Below are positions 1-12,256 of a stretch of 64,000 nt of DNA, in pieces (positions within the stretch are counted from its first letter, which is position 1; each line of letters starts with the position of its first letter). The position numbers were made by a program, and so were the translations under genes. This DNA is from Chrysemys picta bellii (lineage: Eukaryota), in assembly GCF_011386835.1 (NCBI RefSeq), contig NC_088805.1, positions 29,760,001 through 29,824,000 of the forward strand, written 5' to 3'. The notes below the pieces were generated by a model. The model searched no databases and was not told the origin of the DNA. It worked only from the letters and a program-made list of their open reading frames with translations.

Positions 1-1929
1 AGAATCTGGAAAACATTTACAGTGTGCTTAAAAAAAAAAAAAGTAATAGCTCAGCTTGTCTACTTGAATTTAGGAAGGAAGAGGCGGGGGAAAAGCCGGG
101 CGAGAGCTGCAGACAGTCTGTTATGTGTTTTTTGAAAGCTGAGATTGACTAAAACGTACATTGCGATGGGAAATGAGCCAGTGTGCATGCAGAAAGGGGC
201 TGTGTGCCTGTCAGCGAGCCGGTCTGGAGGGTGTGCGGAGATCCAGCGCTTTGCACAGATTAAATCATTTAGAATGTTTCTGCAGCAAATACGTTGTGAT
301 AATGCGCTCCGGGCCGCCCTGACATTCTGTCAGCATCACGTGACACCCCAAGCTGCCTCTCTTACTGGGAGAGATGGTGCCCCCCCCGGCTGGGCATTAG
401 GAGAACCCCAATAGGCTGTCGGGTTGGGGTGATGCCCCGGGGAGCAGCTGGTACCCTGCTCCAGACCCCAAGTCACATCAAGGGATAACCCCAGCAGAGA
501 ACTGCCCGTTGGGTTCTGGGGGGAGGGATCGTGCTACAGAGGGATGTTGGCACCCCATTCTGCCCGGTGCCCCCAAGGAGCTGCACTAGATATTAGTCCC
601 CACCGTTTGCAGAAGCATAGGAAGAACTCTAAGCCTAGGTGGACAAAGAGACGCTTTTCAAAGACGCCCCATTAGCAGGGATTGGCCCCCTGGTCAGCAG
701 TAAACGGTTTATCTTTCTGGTCAGGCGCTAACAGGAGAGTCCGGCTAGCACACTGACTAGGTGGCGGGGGCACACAGGCAAAGCCGTGCTTTCCAGGCCC
801 GGCCCAACATCAGCGGCGGGGTGGAGATGCATGGCCCAAGCAGACAGTTCCTCCTAGAGCTCCAAAAGAGAGGTGCTGCTAAACCTATGCATGGATGTAA
901 CCTATGGGCCCCAGTTGGCCAGCATGTCGGTCTGTGTCGGGAAGGAGGGGATGGGCAGCTGGTTTCAATGGGAGATACCCATCTCCAGCCTGGGAGGAGC
1001 AGGGCTCAGTCACATGACAAAGATTAGGCCCTTACCAGAGAGGGCCTCCTAACCAGAGCCAGTCGGAATGTGTTCATTAAAATATGGTTTTTTGTGAAAG
1101 CCAAAATGTTTTGCAGAGACTTATCGGTTTCTGGGTCTGGGGCGGGGAAAGCAGGAGACCCAGGCAGGTCCTTGCTCTGTGGCTTGGGGGTTTGAGGATG
1201 GGCCGGGACATGGGACACCCAGGTTTGAGTCCCTGATGCAGAGTGATCTAGAATTAACCACCAGAACCATTTACCGAGGGTCGTGGTGGATTTTCCATCA
1301 CTGACAATCGCCTGGGAGGCAGCAGCTGGATGTTTTTCTAAAAGTTCTGCTCCAGGGATGACTGCGGGGCAGGTCTCTGACCTGTGCTACCCAGGCAGTC
1401 AGAGCAGAGGGTCACCATGGCCACTCCTGGCCTTGAAATCTCTGAATCTCTTCCCTGTGGCAGCTGGAGCCAGATTCGCCTCCTCTGAAGATAAGTTGCA
1501 GCAGCCTGTTGAGAAGGAGGCTGTTTCAGGTGCTCTCCTGCACGGCTGTATGGGACGGAGCTACCTGGTCTCGCTGAATGAAGCCGCTCTCCATTTCCTC
1601 GCAAACTCCTCTGCAATAAGGGGCTCTGGTGCTGCTGGTCTATTGCCCAGGGTGAATCAAAACAGCTTCTGTCCGTTTTAGCTGCACAATTAATTTAGAA
1701 AGGGCTTTAAACGGCCTAATCTAACAAATGAGGATAAGACGTGGAAGGTGATTACGCATCTGCCTCTCCGATCAACAGGGGCACCTGGCAATAAATATGC
1801 AGATTTGGACCAAATTCAGGCAGCCACGAGCGCTTCGCTGGTGTCTGCAGAAACGAGCGAAGAAAAGCTCGGTGGGGCTATCTCAGGAGCAGAAGTTATT
1901 CCCACACCCACTTGGCTCTTTAAGTAGAA

Positions 1930-2095
1930 CACTGGGAGACAGGAGGCCCTGAGTTCAAATCCCAGCTCTGCTACTGCGTGACCTTGACTACGGACTCACC
2001 TTTCTGTGCCTAAGGGTCCCCCTCATTAAAATGGGTGTGTGTGTGTGGGGGGGGGGGATCATGATAGTAGCTACCTCCCAGGGATATTGTGAAGC
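1930..2095 (+). mobile_element. CORE-SINE (MIR-like) fragment with inserted (GT)6-G11 simple repeat
   Basis: B-box-like gagttcaaatcccagctctgctact followed by gtgaccttg...aaaatggg...atagtagctacctcccaggg core motifs; (GT)6 at 2035-2046 and G11 at 2047-2057. Confidence 0.55.
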
Positions 2096-3444
2096 CTGAC
2101 TGGTCAAGACGAGATTGTGACCTGGTTGCTGGGGTGGGATGGTTGAGAAGCAGGCTGTAGTGCCCTGGTCTCATTGGACTCTGGTGTGTGTTGGCACTGC
2201 AGAGATCTGCGGTTTTCTCTCGGTAGCCCTGCTCTGTCACATACACTCACTAGGGGTGGTTTCTCTCTCTCTTTCTGAGCCTTCTGTGGTATTGCAAAGT
2301 ACCACGGATACGTCCCAAGCAAAGGTACGTTTTTGGTCCGGTAGCTCCCGCAACAGACAAGGGCAGATGAAATAAACCCAGAGCCACGCTGCCTCTCTCA
2401 TCGGTGGCCCAGAGCAACTCTCGTCTCTCCCTCACAACTGCTCAGTGAAATATGAAAAACAGGCATTTTCTTGTCTGAGCCTGAACTTCCCAGCAGCCTG
2501 ACGACACCAAAAACGCAGACGAGTCAAGTCTTGCTGCTCAAGCCTCACAATCTGCTTTAGGTTCTGATGGAATCTGGTAGCTTCTTCCACCCCCCACCCA
2601 GTTCCCACAACCATGCACCACCTTCCTCCCCATGGCCCATATTCCTCTCCCTTCCCCACCGAGGTCCTGCTACATCTCCTCCACCCACAGCTTCTCCTTC
2701 CCAGAGCTGGGTGGGTCATTGCTGCCAGTCCCGGTCAATGTTTCCTCTTGCCGGTCCATTTCTCAGCAGCGGGAGAGTTCGGTGTTTATTTAGTTCTGGG
2801 CTCCCTCCCCTCTGCTGTGTTGTGTGAGCAGCGTTGTGGGGAGCTCCCGGAAGGGAAGACTGAGATATTTTGGGGTGGGATGATTGAAGCTGTACTTGTA
2901 ATTTTGCTTTTGAGGCCACTAGGAAATTTCTTTTGCTTGTTGATATCCCTTCCCCGCCCCCCCCATTTCCCCACAACTGTTCATTCATCTGGCACCTGAG
3001 CTAACCATATACCATGCCCTGTTGCACTCTACTGGGGATTGTTATTACACTAACAATTTAGGCTAGAGATGGGATTTTTACCCATATCAAAATAAGCTGA
3101 GTATCAAAGCAGCCGGCTGGATAAAATTGATTTCTAGCACCTCATGTCGTAAGTACCTCACACAGCTACAAAGCAGTTTCTACAGGGGAAAGATATTGGT
3201 TGTAATAAGGGAAAGCAAAGCGCTCCGATTACACGGCGTTCATGAATATGGACGACACAGCACATCCTGTAACATCTTCTTCCTTGGGGAACACCAGCTA
3301 CACCTGTCTAATGACGGAGGGGGTATTAGCCAGAGAGTCAGCTGTGAACAGTGAACGGAAGATTGGCATCAGCTTTGGTAAACAATGGCAATACTAAAAT
3401 AGTAATGCCACTATTCCTATTGAGTGTTTCTAAGTAGGTAGCAT

Positions 3445-3678
3445 TGAGAGGCAGTGTGGGCTAGCAGAGGAGGCGCTGTTCCCAGCTCTGCTACTGACTC
3501 ACCCTGTGACCTTGGGCAAGTTACTTCACCTCTCTTCTCTGTCGCCCTGGTCTATTTAGACTGCAAGTTCTTCAGGCCAGGGGCCCTTCTTATGCATCTG
3601 TGCAGCACCTAGCATAACGGGGCTCTGATTTCAGTTGGGGCCTCTAGGTGCTACTGTGATACGAACAACAATAATAAT
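3445..3678 (+). mobile_element. tRNA-head/CORE SINE with L2-type 3' tail
   Basis: ggcagtgtgggctag head, cccagctctgctactgactcaccctgtgaccttgggcaagttacttcacctctc core, tagactgcaagttcttcagg...cagcacctagcata L2-like tail, ending (AAT)n. Confidence 0.65.
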
Positions 3679-3939
3679 ATGAATACTCCCCAGGCATCTT
3701 CGCTATCAGCCCAGCACTCCAGCGTGTGCCAACCGGACAGCAGCACCGACTGGATTTTCATAGACGGCATCTCTCGTATCCCTGTAATCTGTTCACTTGC
3801 TAGAGGCTCAATGGACCAGTGAATCTTGGTGATGTGAATGAACTATATCTGCTGCTTATCAACAGCGTACGGGGAAAACTAGTGAGTGTCCTGGAGTATG
3901 ATCGTTCCATTCCGAATTTTCTTCGCTAAGGGGGTTGCT

Positions 3940-4010
3940 GGTAGCAGGGATTGAGCCGGTGACCTCTGGATCTTAAGGCACAAGCCCCTCCTGTTTGAAC
4001 TGCAACCCAG
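3940..4010 (-). mobile_element. tRNA-derived SINE head fragment
   Basis: Reverse complement reads ...cttgtgccttaagatccagaggtcaccggctcaatccc, a tRNA-like stretch with a degenerate B-box. Confidence 0.4.
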
Positions 4011-4764
4011 TTGTATTAGCCCAGCTGGGCGGTAGCAGGCTCAACGTCTAGCTATGACGCGGTCACTACTAGAGGGGGACAGAGCACCACACCAAGTGGG
4101 CATGGCTTGCAGAACTTAGCTCTGCTCTACACCCAAAAGCCCTGGGGTATGAGTCCTCTAGCTAGGTTCTCTCATGCCCCAGTCCTTACTTGGAGGGACC
4201 AGCCCGAATGGCTAGTGAGTTGAGGCTGCATGGGCCCCGTCAGTCTCTGCTATTTCTGCAAACCAAGGGGCCAGTCATGATGGGCCCACTTTTCCTTTAA
4301 GAAGTGAGTGGATAGATGCCACCTGGTGAGGAGCATGATAGAAAAACAGCTGCCATGAGAGCACTGAACAGCCATCAGGTGGGAGGCAAATCCTAGGCTG
4401 GATCTGAAGTGAGACATCTCTAATCTCTCTCCCCGCCCCCAGCAGCCAGTTAGTCTGTTTGCCTGTCTGGAGACACCTGGCCTTGCTGAGCCTTAACCAG
4501 CATTTTACACTGTGTGGTTCTAATCTAGTGCGATAACCCTGGACAAATGAAATGCCTTTCTGCTTGTGAAGTCAAGTCAAACCCCATCCCCTTCCTAATT
4601 CAGTCCCAAGCAAAAGGAGCTCTACAGGGTAAGAACATGCCATATGCAAAAACGGCAGCTAAAAACTAGACCTCTTCAATGCTGCAAGAGCCACCGGCCT
4701 GGTGATTTTGTCCAGCTGCCGAGGTTTCATGAGGCAGGACGGTGGGCTGAGTGTTGCACTGAGA

Positions 4765-4880
4765 AGCAAAAGTTCCCTGCGCTGCCACACATCTCCCTGT
4801 GACCTTGGACAAGTCACTTGTTCCACCCTGTGCCTTGGTCCCCCTCTGTACAGGAGGATCAGACTGCCCGGCCTCCCAGG
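4765..4880 (+). mobile_element. CORE-SINE fragment
   Basis: ctccctgtgaccttggacaagtcactt...ctgtgccttggtcccctctgtaca core motif. Confidence 0.5.
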
Positions 4881-7800
4881 ATAAAATCCATTCCTGACTG
4901 GCAGTGTTCAGGCGCCGTGGTGGCGAGAACCATGTCAGTAACTAGAGGGCTCATCACAAGTGAACCCCTGGAGTCAATCATTGTTATTTCAAGTCCTGTG
5001 GTCATTACTCAGGAAAATCTTCCACTGATTCCTGCCCAAATTCACGTCAGGACCCTGTAGGCTCCTGGCTTGTCTCCCAACCCGGGGAACCCTAAACTCC
5101 ACACCCCAGAGTCTGCTCAGACCCTTTCTCCAGCACACCATTGACCACCCACCTACAATCTCCGGCAAACCCCATAAACCAGTTCAACATAACTCCAACA
5201 GCCACCATGGCACAGACCTCCCTGCTCCTGGCATCTCTTCCCCACCCCTCCTATAGGCCTCGGCCTTTCCCCTGCCAGAGAAACCCACCTACCCCCCTCA
5301 AGCTCTCCTCCTTCACTGAACTCTATCAGCCTTTATGAGATCCAGGTGCTCATCAGGCAGTCGCCTGACCCCTGCCCAGCTGGGTCTTATCATCCCCTCT
5401 ACCGGGCCCAAACCCTGATTCTTACAGGGGCTCTGCCTGGCCCTGCCACCGGCCCCGCATTATTTCTTTCTTTCCCACAGTGTGTTCACTCCGATTAAGG
5501 AACCGTGAGGTTCATCTGCAATAGAGATGGGGAACCAGTTTGGAGAAAATAAGAACTGTACTGATGCAGAAGTAAAACCCAGGCGGGAACTCGCCCTGAT
5601 GCTTGCTGAAACTCAGAGGCGGGTTCTGTTGAATATATAAACACCTTCTACAAGCGCAGTAGTGTCCGCGTGCATGTATACTAGGAATGGGCAAACCGAC
5701 TTGAACCTCCATCCAGCACTTGCACCAGCTCCGAGTCATTTGGGGAGCGCTGATTTCAAGTGTGAAACGTCCTTACGTGCATGCTTCCGAGCTGGTGATA
5801 TCAGGTGAGCATCCCCGTACGATCGTGGTTTATAGTCACTGTAATTCCCCTTCCCTCTGTTGAGCTCTCGAAGAAGAGTTGCTAGGGATGTCTGGGAAAC
5901 TGAGGCTAGCACAGTGCTATCTTCCATGCCTGATCAGGGGTTGAATTTCATCCCATCCCAAGCGGCCGCCCCAACGGAACGTGGTGAAGGCAATCTGAAA
6001 TAGCCGAGCGTTTTCAATGGGCTCTGTGTCTATCCCGGAGCCTGATCTCCCCATTCCCAGCACTGCACAGTGCTCTCCAATATGCTGACAATGGTATTAA
6101 AGAAAGAGTTAATGGCCACAGCTACTGCTATGCCTCTCGCTCCAACAGGCTTGACATATTATTGTACCGTCAGCCAGAGCTGAGTCAAGAGGACTGTTCT
6201 TGCCTTGCTGCAATGCCCCAAAGATATTGTCCTGCAAGATCTAAGGTTTGTGCTGTCTGCAAACTTGGGGAAATAAGGGAGACTCATGCACAGTCCCCCT
6301 AAAATCCCCCAAACCCTCCACTTTCCCCTCCTCCTCTAGTCAGCAGAATGCTAAAAAGCTGTGGTATGTAGCCAAGAACATAAGCAGTGTGGAATTTGCA
6401 GCTGATCTGAAACACAGGTGGGAGGGAGGGAGGGGGACATTACACGATCTGATCCCATTTATTGACGAGCAAAGCCATTTTCCACATCACATAAAGAGGA
6501 GGCTGGAAAATCTGCTAGTGAGTCAGACTGAGAAGCAATTCTCGTGCCCTCCTCCAGAACTGCTCGTGCAATGCTGTAACATGGGTGATGGGGAGAATTC
6601 CCTCCTGACCCCGAGTTGGAAATGAACTTCTGCCCTGAGGCATGAGGATTGATTGTATCCGAGCTAGCGTAACCGCCCTGCCTGTTCATGGGAATGCCCG
6701 CTAGACAGTATCAGCATACAATCTGCTCATGCCAAGAGCTTGGTCCAGGCCTATGAAGGTGTATGCTTGTGTATTTGTGTGTATGTCCGTGCTGACCCGT
6801 CTGCATTGCACACTACGTGGCATTCTCTTTGGGCGAGAGGGGCGACACGGGCGCCATTAGAAACTGAGCATCCTCGGATCATTGAAGGGCAAAGGCCTGT
6901 CTTATTTGTGACCCTTTTCAACACCTCCGACTCCTGTTTATTCTTCCCACCGACCCAGAGCAGGGCAAAAAGTGGAGAACAGACGCTCATGTACCAGCCA
7001 ATCATTTTCAGGTCAGCAAGCGGGGCACCAGCAGAATAGGCAGCGTGTTCGGGCCATGTCCTAATGGCATGTGGGGCAGATTTTCATATGTGGGCACAAT
7101 GGGTGTATCCCTGAGGATGCACAGGAAGGTTGGATGCCTGCAAGCCACTGCCTGGGTGTGCACAGACGAGCCATTACCTGCTTTGTACGCGCAGTTTGGT
7201 ACCCTTTCAGTGGCTCTTTGACTTGGATAGGCAACGGGGCAGGCGGATTCTGCCACCGCCATTATCCAGGCGGAGTGCTTGTGATTATGTAGCGCTCGCC
7301 TGACTGGTGAAATAACAGGGGAAATGGCGTATAAGGTGGTTCTGGTTCTTGTGACAGTCAGAAAAGAGACTCCTGCTTTAGACTTGCTTGGTGCTCTCCC
7401 TTAGGCCGCCTTAAATATTTGGGGCAGGGGGGCTGAATTCTCCTTCATAATGCGTTGCTGCAGACATCAGGAGCAGGTGAATTCATTCATATTCGCCACC
7501 CTAGTGGCATGCAGCCATTCTCCTCTACGGGAAATCCTTGGAAATTGGCCTTTGGAAGGCTGGGAATCGAATATTTAGAACTCAGCCACTTCCCAGCAGC
7601 AAAGATGCAATTTACAAAAAGTTAAAGTGAAACCAAAGTACCCCCTGAATTCGAGGGTTTTCATCGATTTCTCCCATTCGTTCCGACAAGGCCATGATTA
7701 ACGGTGACCTTTTCCCTTCAGCACCTTTGTGATTGAATAGCTGCCGGCTCATTAAATAGGAATCTGAATTAACAGCCAATCAGAAGAGGGGTTGCTGCTG

Positions 7801-9000
7801 GGGAATGACTGAAGCCCCTTTGACGACTTGGCTGTAAATTTGCTTTTCATTCGTTTGTGGGAGCCTGGCCTGAAGCATGACAGTCTCGAAGGGCTGTGAT
7901 TAACGGGACGGTGCAAACGGCTACCCTAGAGATCAGTCTGCCTAGGCCTTGTTGCCTACCAGGGATGGGAAACTCTTTGCTTCATTTCAAACCCAGCCGA
8001 ATGTCCAGGCCATTATCGCATTTGTGTCGGGGCTTTGGAAAGATGGGGAGGGGAAGGGGGAGAACAGGAGAGGAGAAGGGAAAACGGTTGAAAGACAGAC
8101 CCTACTGCAGCAGAGTGAATAGCAAATGTGCACGGAGTGTGGCACAACGGAGTGGAGGGGAAAAGAGTGAAAATGGATGCTGAAAATGTACGTACATATA
8201 TGTTGTACACCGGGCAGCTACTGATGTGTGTCTGTGTGCGTATGGCTGTGTGTATATCAGTGTGTGTGTGTGACTGTGTATATCGCTGCATGAGAGGGTT
8301 ATTCTATTCTTGCTAGAAAAATTCAGTGGAACTTCCCTAGCAATCGAATGGCATTAAAAAACAAATGTTGTCACTCTAACTTGTCACCCTTATTACCAGG
8401 CATAAAGCCCTTCTAGTCCCGTAACACACCCTGGGGCTGTCAAGGCAGTCAGTAGCACGGCACATGTCTCAGCCCTTACCTGGCTGGCTCATGTCCCCAG
8501 AGGCCACATTGGCCTTGGAAACTTTTATGTTGCAGATACACCTGCTAATCAGCTCATTCATGAAACTGGCAACCTGCAGCTAACATTCCATTGCCCTTGT
8601 AATTCAGATGGTTAATTGCTTTTGGCCACTTACCTGGTCACTTTTTAAAAAGTGGTGACAATTCCTTCCTGACCCCAATCTGGAAATCAGCTTCTGGCCT
8701 GAAGCATGTGGATGGATCACACTTGTGGTTTGTATCCTAGCTAGCATAACTGCAGCGTTTAGTGGTCATGCCTGATACACAGTATGGCCTTTTTATAAAG
8801 GCCTCTAATTTTGCTTCCTCAATGAACCATAGCCACAAGCAACAGAATATGGATTTTGAGTGCTTGGTTACCCCTTGAACAGAGACATAGACAGTCAAGT
8901 ATGCTTAGTTAGGTGGAATATCCTGTGGTACCCCTGACCTGATGCCACCCATCACTAGTACCTACTGCAGAACACAGGGAAATAAGAATCTTGTGAGAGA

Positions 9001-9479
9001 CGCTCTGGGGTGGGGCTGGGGATGAAGATTTTGGGTGCAGGAGAGGGCTCAGGGCTGGGGCAGGGGCTTGGAGTGAATGGGGGTGAGGGCTCTTGCTAGG
9101 GGTGTGGGGCTGGGGATGAGGGATTTGGGGTGTAGGGAGGTGCTCCGGGCTGGGACCAATGGGGTCCGGAGGTGGATCAGGGCTGGGGCAGAGGGTTGGG
9201 GCATGGGAGAGGGGCAGGGTGCAGGCTCTGGGTGGCGCTTACCTCAAGCAGCTCCCGGAAGCAGCGGCATGTCCCGCCTCTGGCTTCTGTGCGGAGGCGC
9301 GACCAGCAGCTCTCTGCGCTGTCCCTTCTGCAGGTGCCACTTCCGGACAATGGGTGCTGTGGGGGCAGCGTGCGGAGCCCCAAGGCTGCCCCTACGCTTA
9401 GGAGCCGGAGGGGGGACATGCCACTGCTTCCGGGAGCCATAGTGAGCCTGCTTTAGCCCCTCTGTGCTGCCGACCGGAC
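9001..9479. mobile_element. GC-rich internal segment of a turtle non-autonomous DNA transposon (hAT-like), with G-rich internal tandem repeats
   Basis: Repeated ggggctggggatgag/ggctcagggctggggca units followed by ggtggcgcttacctcaagcagctcccggaagcagcggcatgtccc..., a sequence I recognise as an abundant turtle repeat. No TIRs visible, so the class is tentative. Confidence 0.55.
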
Positions 9480-9643
9480 TCAGAGGTTTGAGCATTGGCC
9501 TGCTAAACCCAGGGTTGTGAGTTCAGTCCTTGAGGGGGCCACTTAGGGATCTCAGGCAAAAATCTCTCTGGGGATTGGTCCTGCTTTGAGCAGGGATTGG
9601 ACTAGATGACCTCCTGAGGTCCCTTCCAAACTTGATATTCTAT
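9480..9643 (+). mobile_element. Tortoise Pol III/SINE (tRNA-derived head, CR1 3' tail), 5'-clipped
   Basis: ggtttgagcattggcctgctaaacccagggttgtgagttcagtccttgagggggcc...ggactagatgacctcctgaggtcccttcc...attcta; nearly the same as the copy at 12823-13003. Confidence 0.9.
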
Positions 9644-11189
9644 AAAAATAAATTGGTTTCAGCCATGCCTGTGTCCATCCTGTAGGTGGGTTTCACTAGC
9701 CCGAAGGCTTCTGTAAAGTGAATTTCAATGCCACCTGGAGGAGCTGAATTTTAAATCCACACAAGGAAGTAGTCATACTTGCTCACTCATCCAATCAGGG
9801 AACAAGAACAATGCCATGTGACTGATCTGACCACTCTTAGCTACTCGGGATTGGCTACGTTCAGATAATTGTTTGTGAGCAACCTGTGCAGTTTAAAATA
9901 AAATTCAAAAGGGACATATTCAGTAACAAACGCGCAAGAGGAAACTGTGATTTGCTTGGGGACACTCAGCAGAAAAAGTGATCAGTTATCTGTTGTGAGT
10001 TATTGGCCCATCCCTAAGTAAGTAATTAGTATTACTAAATTAGTAATAAGAGCTCATTCAGATCTGGGGTGAATAGGCTGAGAGCAGCGGATAGACATTG
10101 ATTAGAGCATTAGAGTACGTTAAATGCAATGATAATTAGCATAAATCCACGCGCCCGTGCCTGCTGCCTGGCCCTCGGTGTGATGAAGAGGGAATGAATT
10201 GAATGAACAGAAAGAAAGGCTGGAAAAGGAAAGAGATCACAGTGGCCTGCCGCCCTGACTCTAGGGGGAGCTCCCGAGACACTCCCGGGAGGCTAGCAGT
10301 CAGTTTTGAACCGTTGTCCTTCGCGGGAGCAGTTCAGGGTTCATGAGTCTTCTCGCCACGTTTTCTGTCTGCTACTAATTGTCTCATTCGCATCTTAAAA
10401 ATCTTTCTCACCCCATTGTAAAGGCTGCTAAATAGTAGTGCAAACCCCAGCGAGGAACCCAGAGCTGCAGAGGGGTCTGGAAGGCCTAGCTAGAGACACG
10501 CAGTAGCCTCTGCACACAGATAGTCTCTCTCTCTCTCACCCCCAGCAAGGCAAAGGGCTGCAATGTAATTAGACCTTTCCAAATCACACCGACTCCTCGG
10601 GGTTCTGTGGCTTGATGGTGCCATTTCCAGGGGTAATTTTCCTGGCACAAGCTGCTCTTGGGTACATTCCTCTTGCCCACCATAAGAACTTGTGCCTTTT
10701 GGGACGTGTAGCCCAAGGAAGTTGAGAGGGTGCCAGACGTGTCTGGGGTCCAGACGGATCGTGTGTGGCCGGAGAGGAGCCAGGACAGGGGCTGGAGAAG
10801 GCTACTTTCTCGTCAGCATAGAGGTGGTAGCTGAGGCAGCAGAGATACCAAGGCTAAGAGCCAGGCTTTTAGCAAAGCCTACGTAGCCCCCATGTGCTGA
10901 AAATCGAGCTGTAAGTGTCACTGTGGGAGTTGCTGGGAGCGGAGCCAGTTTGAAAATCTGGCCTCGTTTGTGGGGGCTGAGCTCATTTGAAAACCTGACC
11001 TCCCGTGGGAGCAAGTCGCTAGGAAAGGGGCCCGGGCATTGAAGGAATTCACACAGGTATCTTTGCACAACAGAGCAATAGACACATAGCTAGGGCAGTT
11101 TGACAGGCAGGAGCGGAACAATGGCTGGGTTGGCTATTCCTGAGAGAAAGGCCAGTTTTGTGGAGCAGCAATCAGGAGAGCCGAGTTCT

Positions 11190-11330
11190 ATCACTTACTT
11201 TCACTGTGCCTCAGTTTCTCCATCTAATAACACCAACCTATCTGACCGGGGTTTATGAGGCTTATACTGGTGAAGCCTGTTGAGATTTTCAGATAGCAGG
11301 AACCCTGGAAGCACAACTTGTCTATGGCGT
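11190..11330 (+). mobile_element. CORE-SINE fragment
   Basis: tcacttacttttcactgtgcctcagtttctccatct core motif. Confidence 0.5.
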
Positions 11331-11912
11331 GTTACTTTGATTAGGGAGGGAAATATGAATGTAAAATCCATCCTTTTTCTAAGTGCACATAACCAAGGAA
11401 CATCTGTTTGTTGGAGAGCATTAATTGGAAACAATGACCGTGACCGAACCTCCCTCTGCACTCAGATGTGTGCTCTATTAGGCAGGCTGCAATGAGGAGT
11501 TTGTTGCCGATGCTGGATGGCTTTGTGGTGGAGGGGTTTCTGATGGCTGCTTCTCATCTGTCATGCAGAACGGCCTGGAAAATGCAAGAGAACGACCACA
11601 TTTAAAGAGAGCTTCATGGGGCTGTCCAGGCCCGGGTGTTTTTTGGTCTGGAAATAATCTATTTCTGGGTTGCATTGGATTAGAAACACCAGGAGAACAG
11701 CTGAGCCAACTACATGTTGGTCCTTAATATTTCTAGTCTTCAATGAAGCGAGGGGCCGAGAGACACATTCAGTAAAGAAATAATGGGGGGAAAGTTATCG
11801 GAACTGTAATACCCCCCCACCCCCCACCGCCGGGTTGGGTTCAGGGAAAGCTTTAGACAGAGGTTTGGGTCCCTTCTGCTTTTCAGTGAACTAGCCAGTG
11901 CATCCCTACATA

Positions 11913-12000
11913 GGGCCAGATCTCCAGCTGGTATAAGGGAAGGGAAGACCCATGAAGCACAGACAGCTGTGCAGATTTAGCCCAGCTGAGGATCTGGCCC
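11913..12000. mobile_element. 88-bp palindromic MITE-like element (GGGCCAGAT...ATCTGGCCC family)
   Basis: Terminal inverted repeats GGGCCAGATCTCCAGCTGG (11913-11931) and CCAGCTGAGGATCTGGCCC (11982-12000), 17/19 match. Confidence 0.65.
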
Positions 12001-12256
12001 ATTTTGTCAGAACCTCCTGTCTGGAGCCCAGCAGCGAGTATGGCGTTTGCACAAGGAGAAGAAGCCAGGTTGAGCTGTTCAGGTTACACTCTTCGCTTGT
12101 GGTCCGACTCTCCTTTTTCTGTGCTTATGCAGGCTGTGCGCATGACCTGCATGCCCCCTATGCAGCACTTAAACCCGGTGTGTGCAAAGAGCCTAGTGCA
12201 GGTGCTCCGCTCTGCCCGGAATTTCACCTCTCGTTTTCCCCTCTAAGCGCATCTCG

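Noticed and set aside
6069-6090. RE1/NRSE-like spacing (gtgctctcc-aa-tatgctgac), and a similar near-match at 44126-44147
   Set aside because: Core positions mismatch or spacing is wrong; no full REST site supported in the window.
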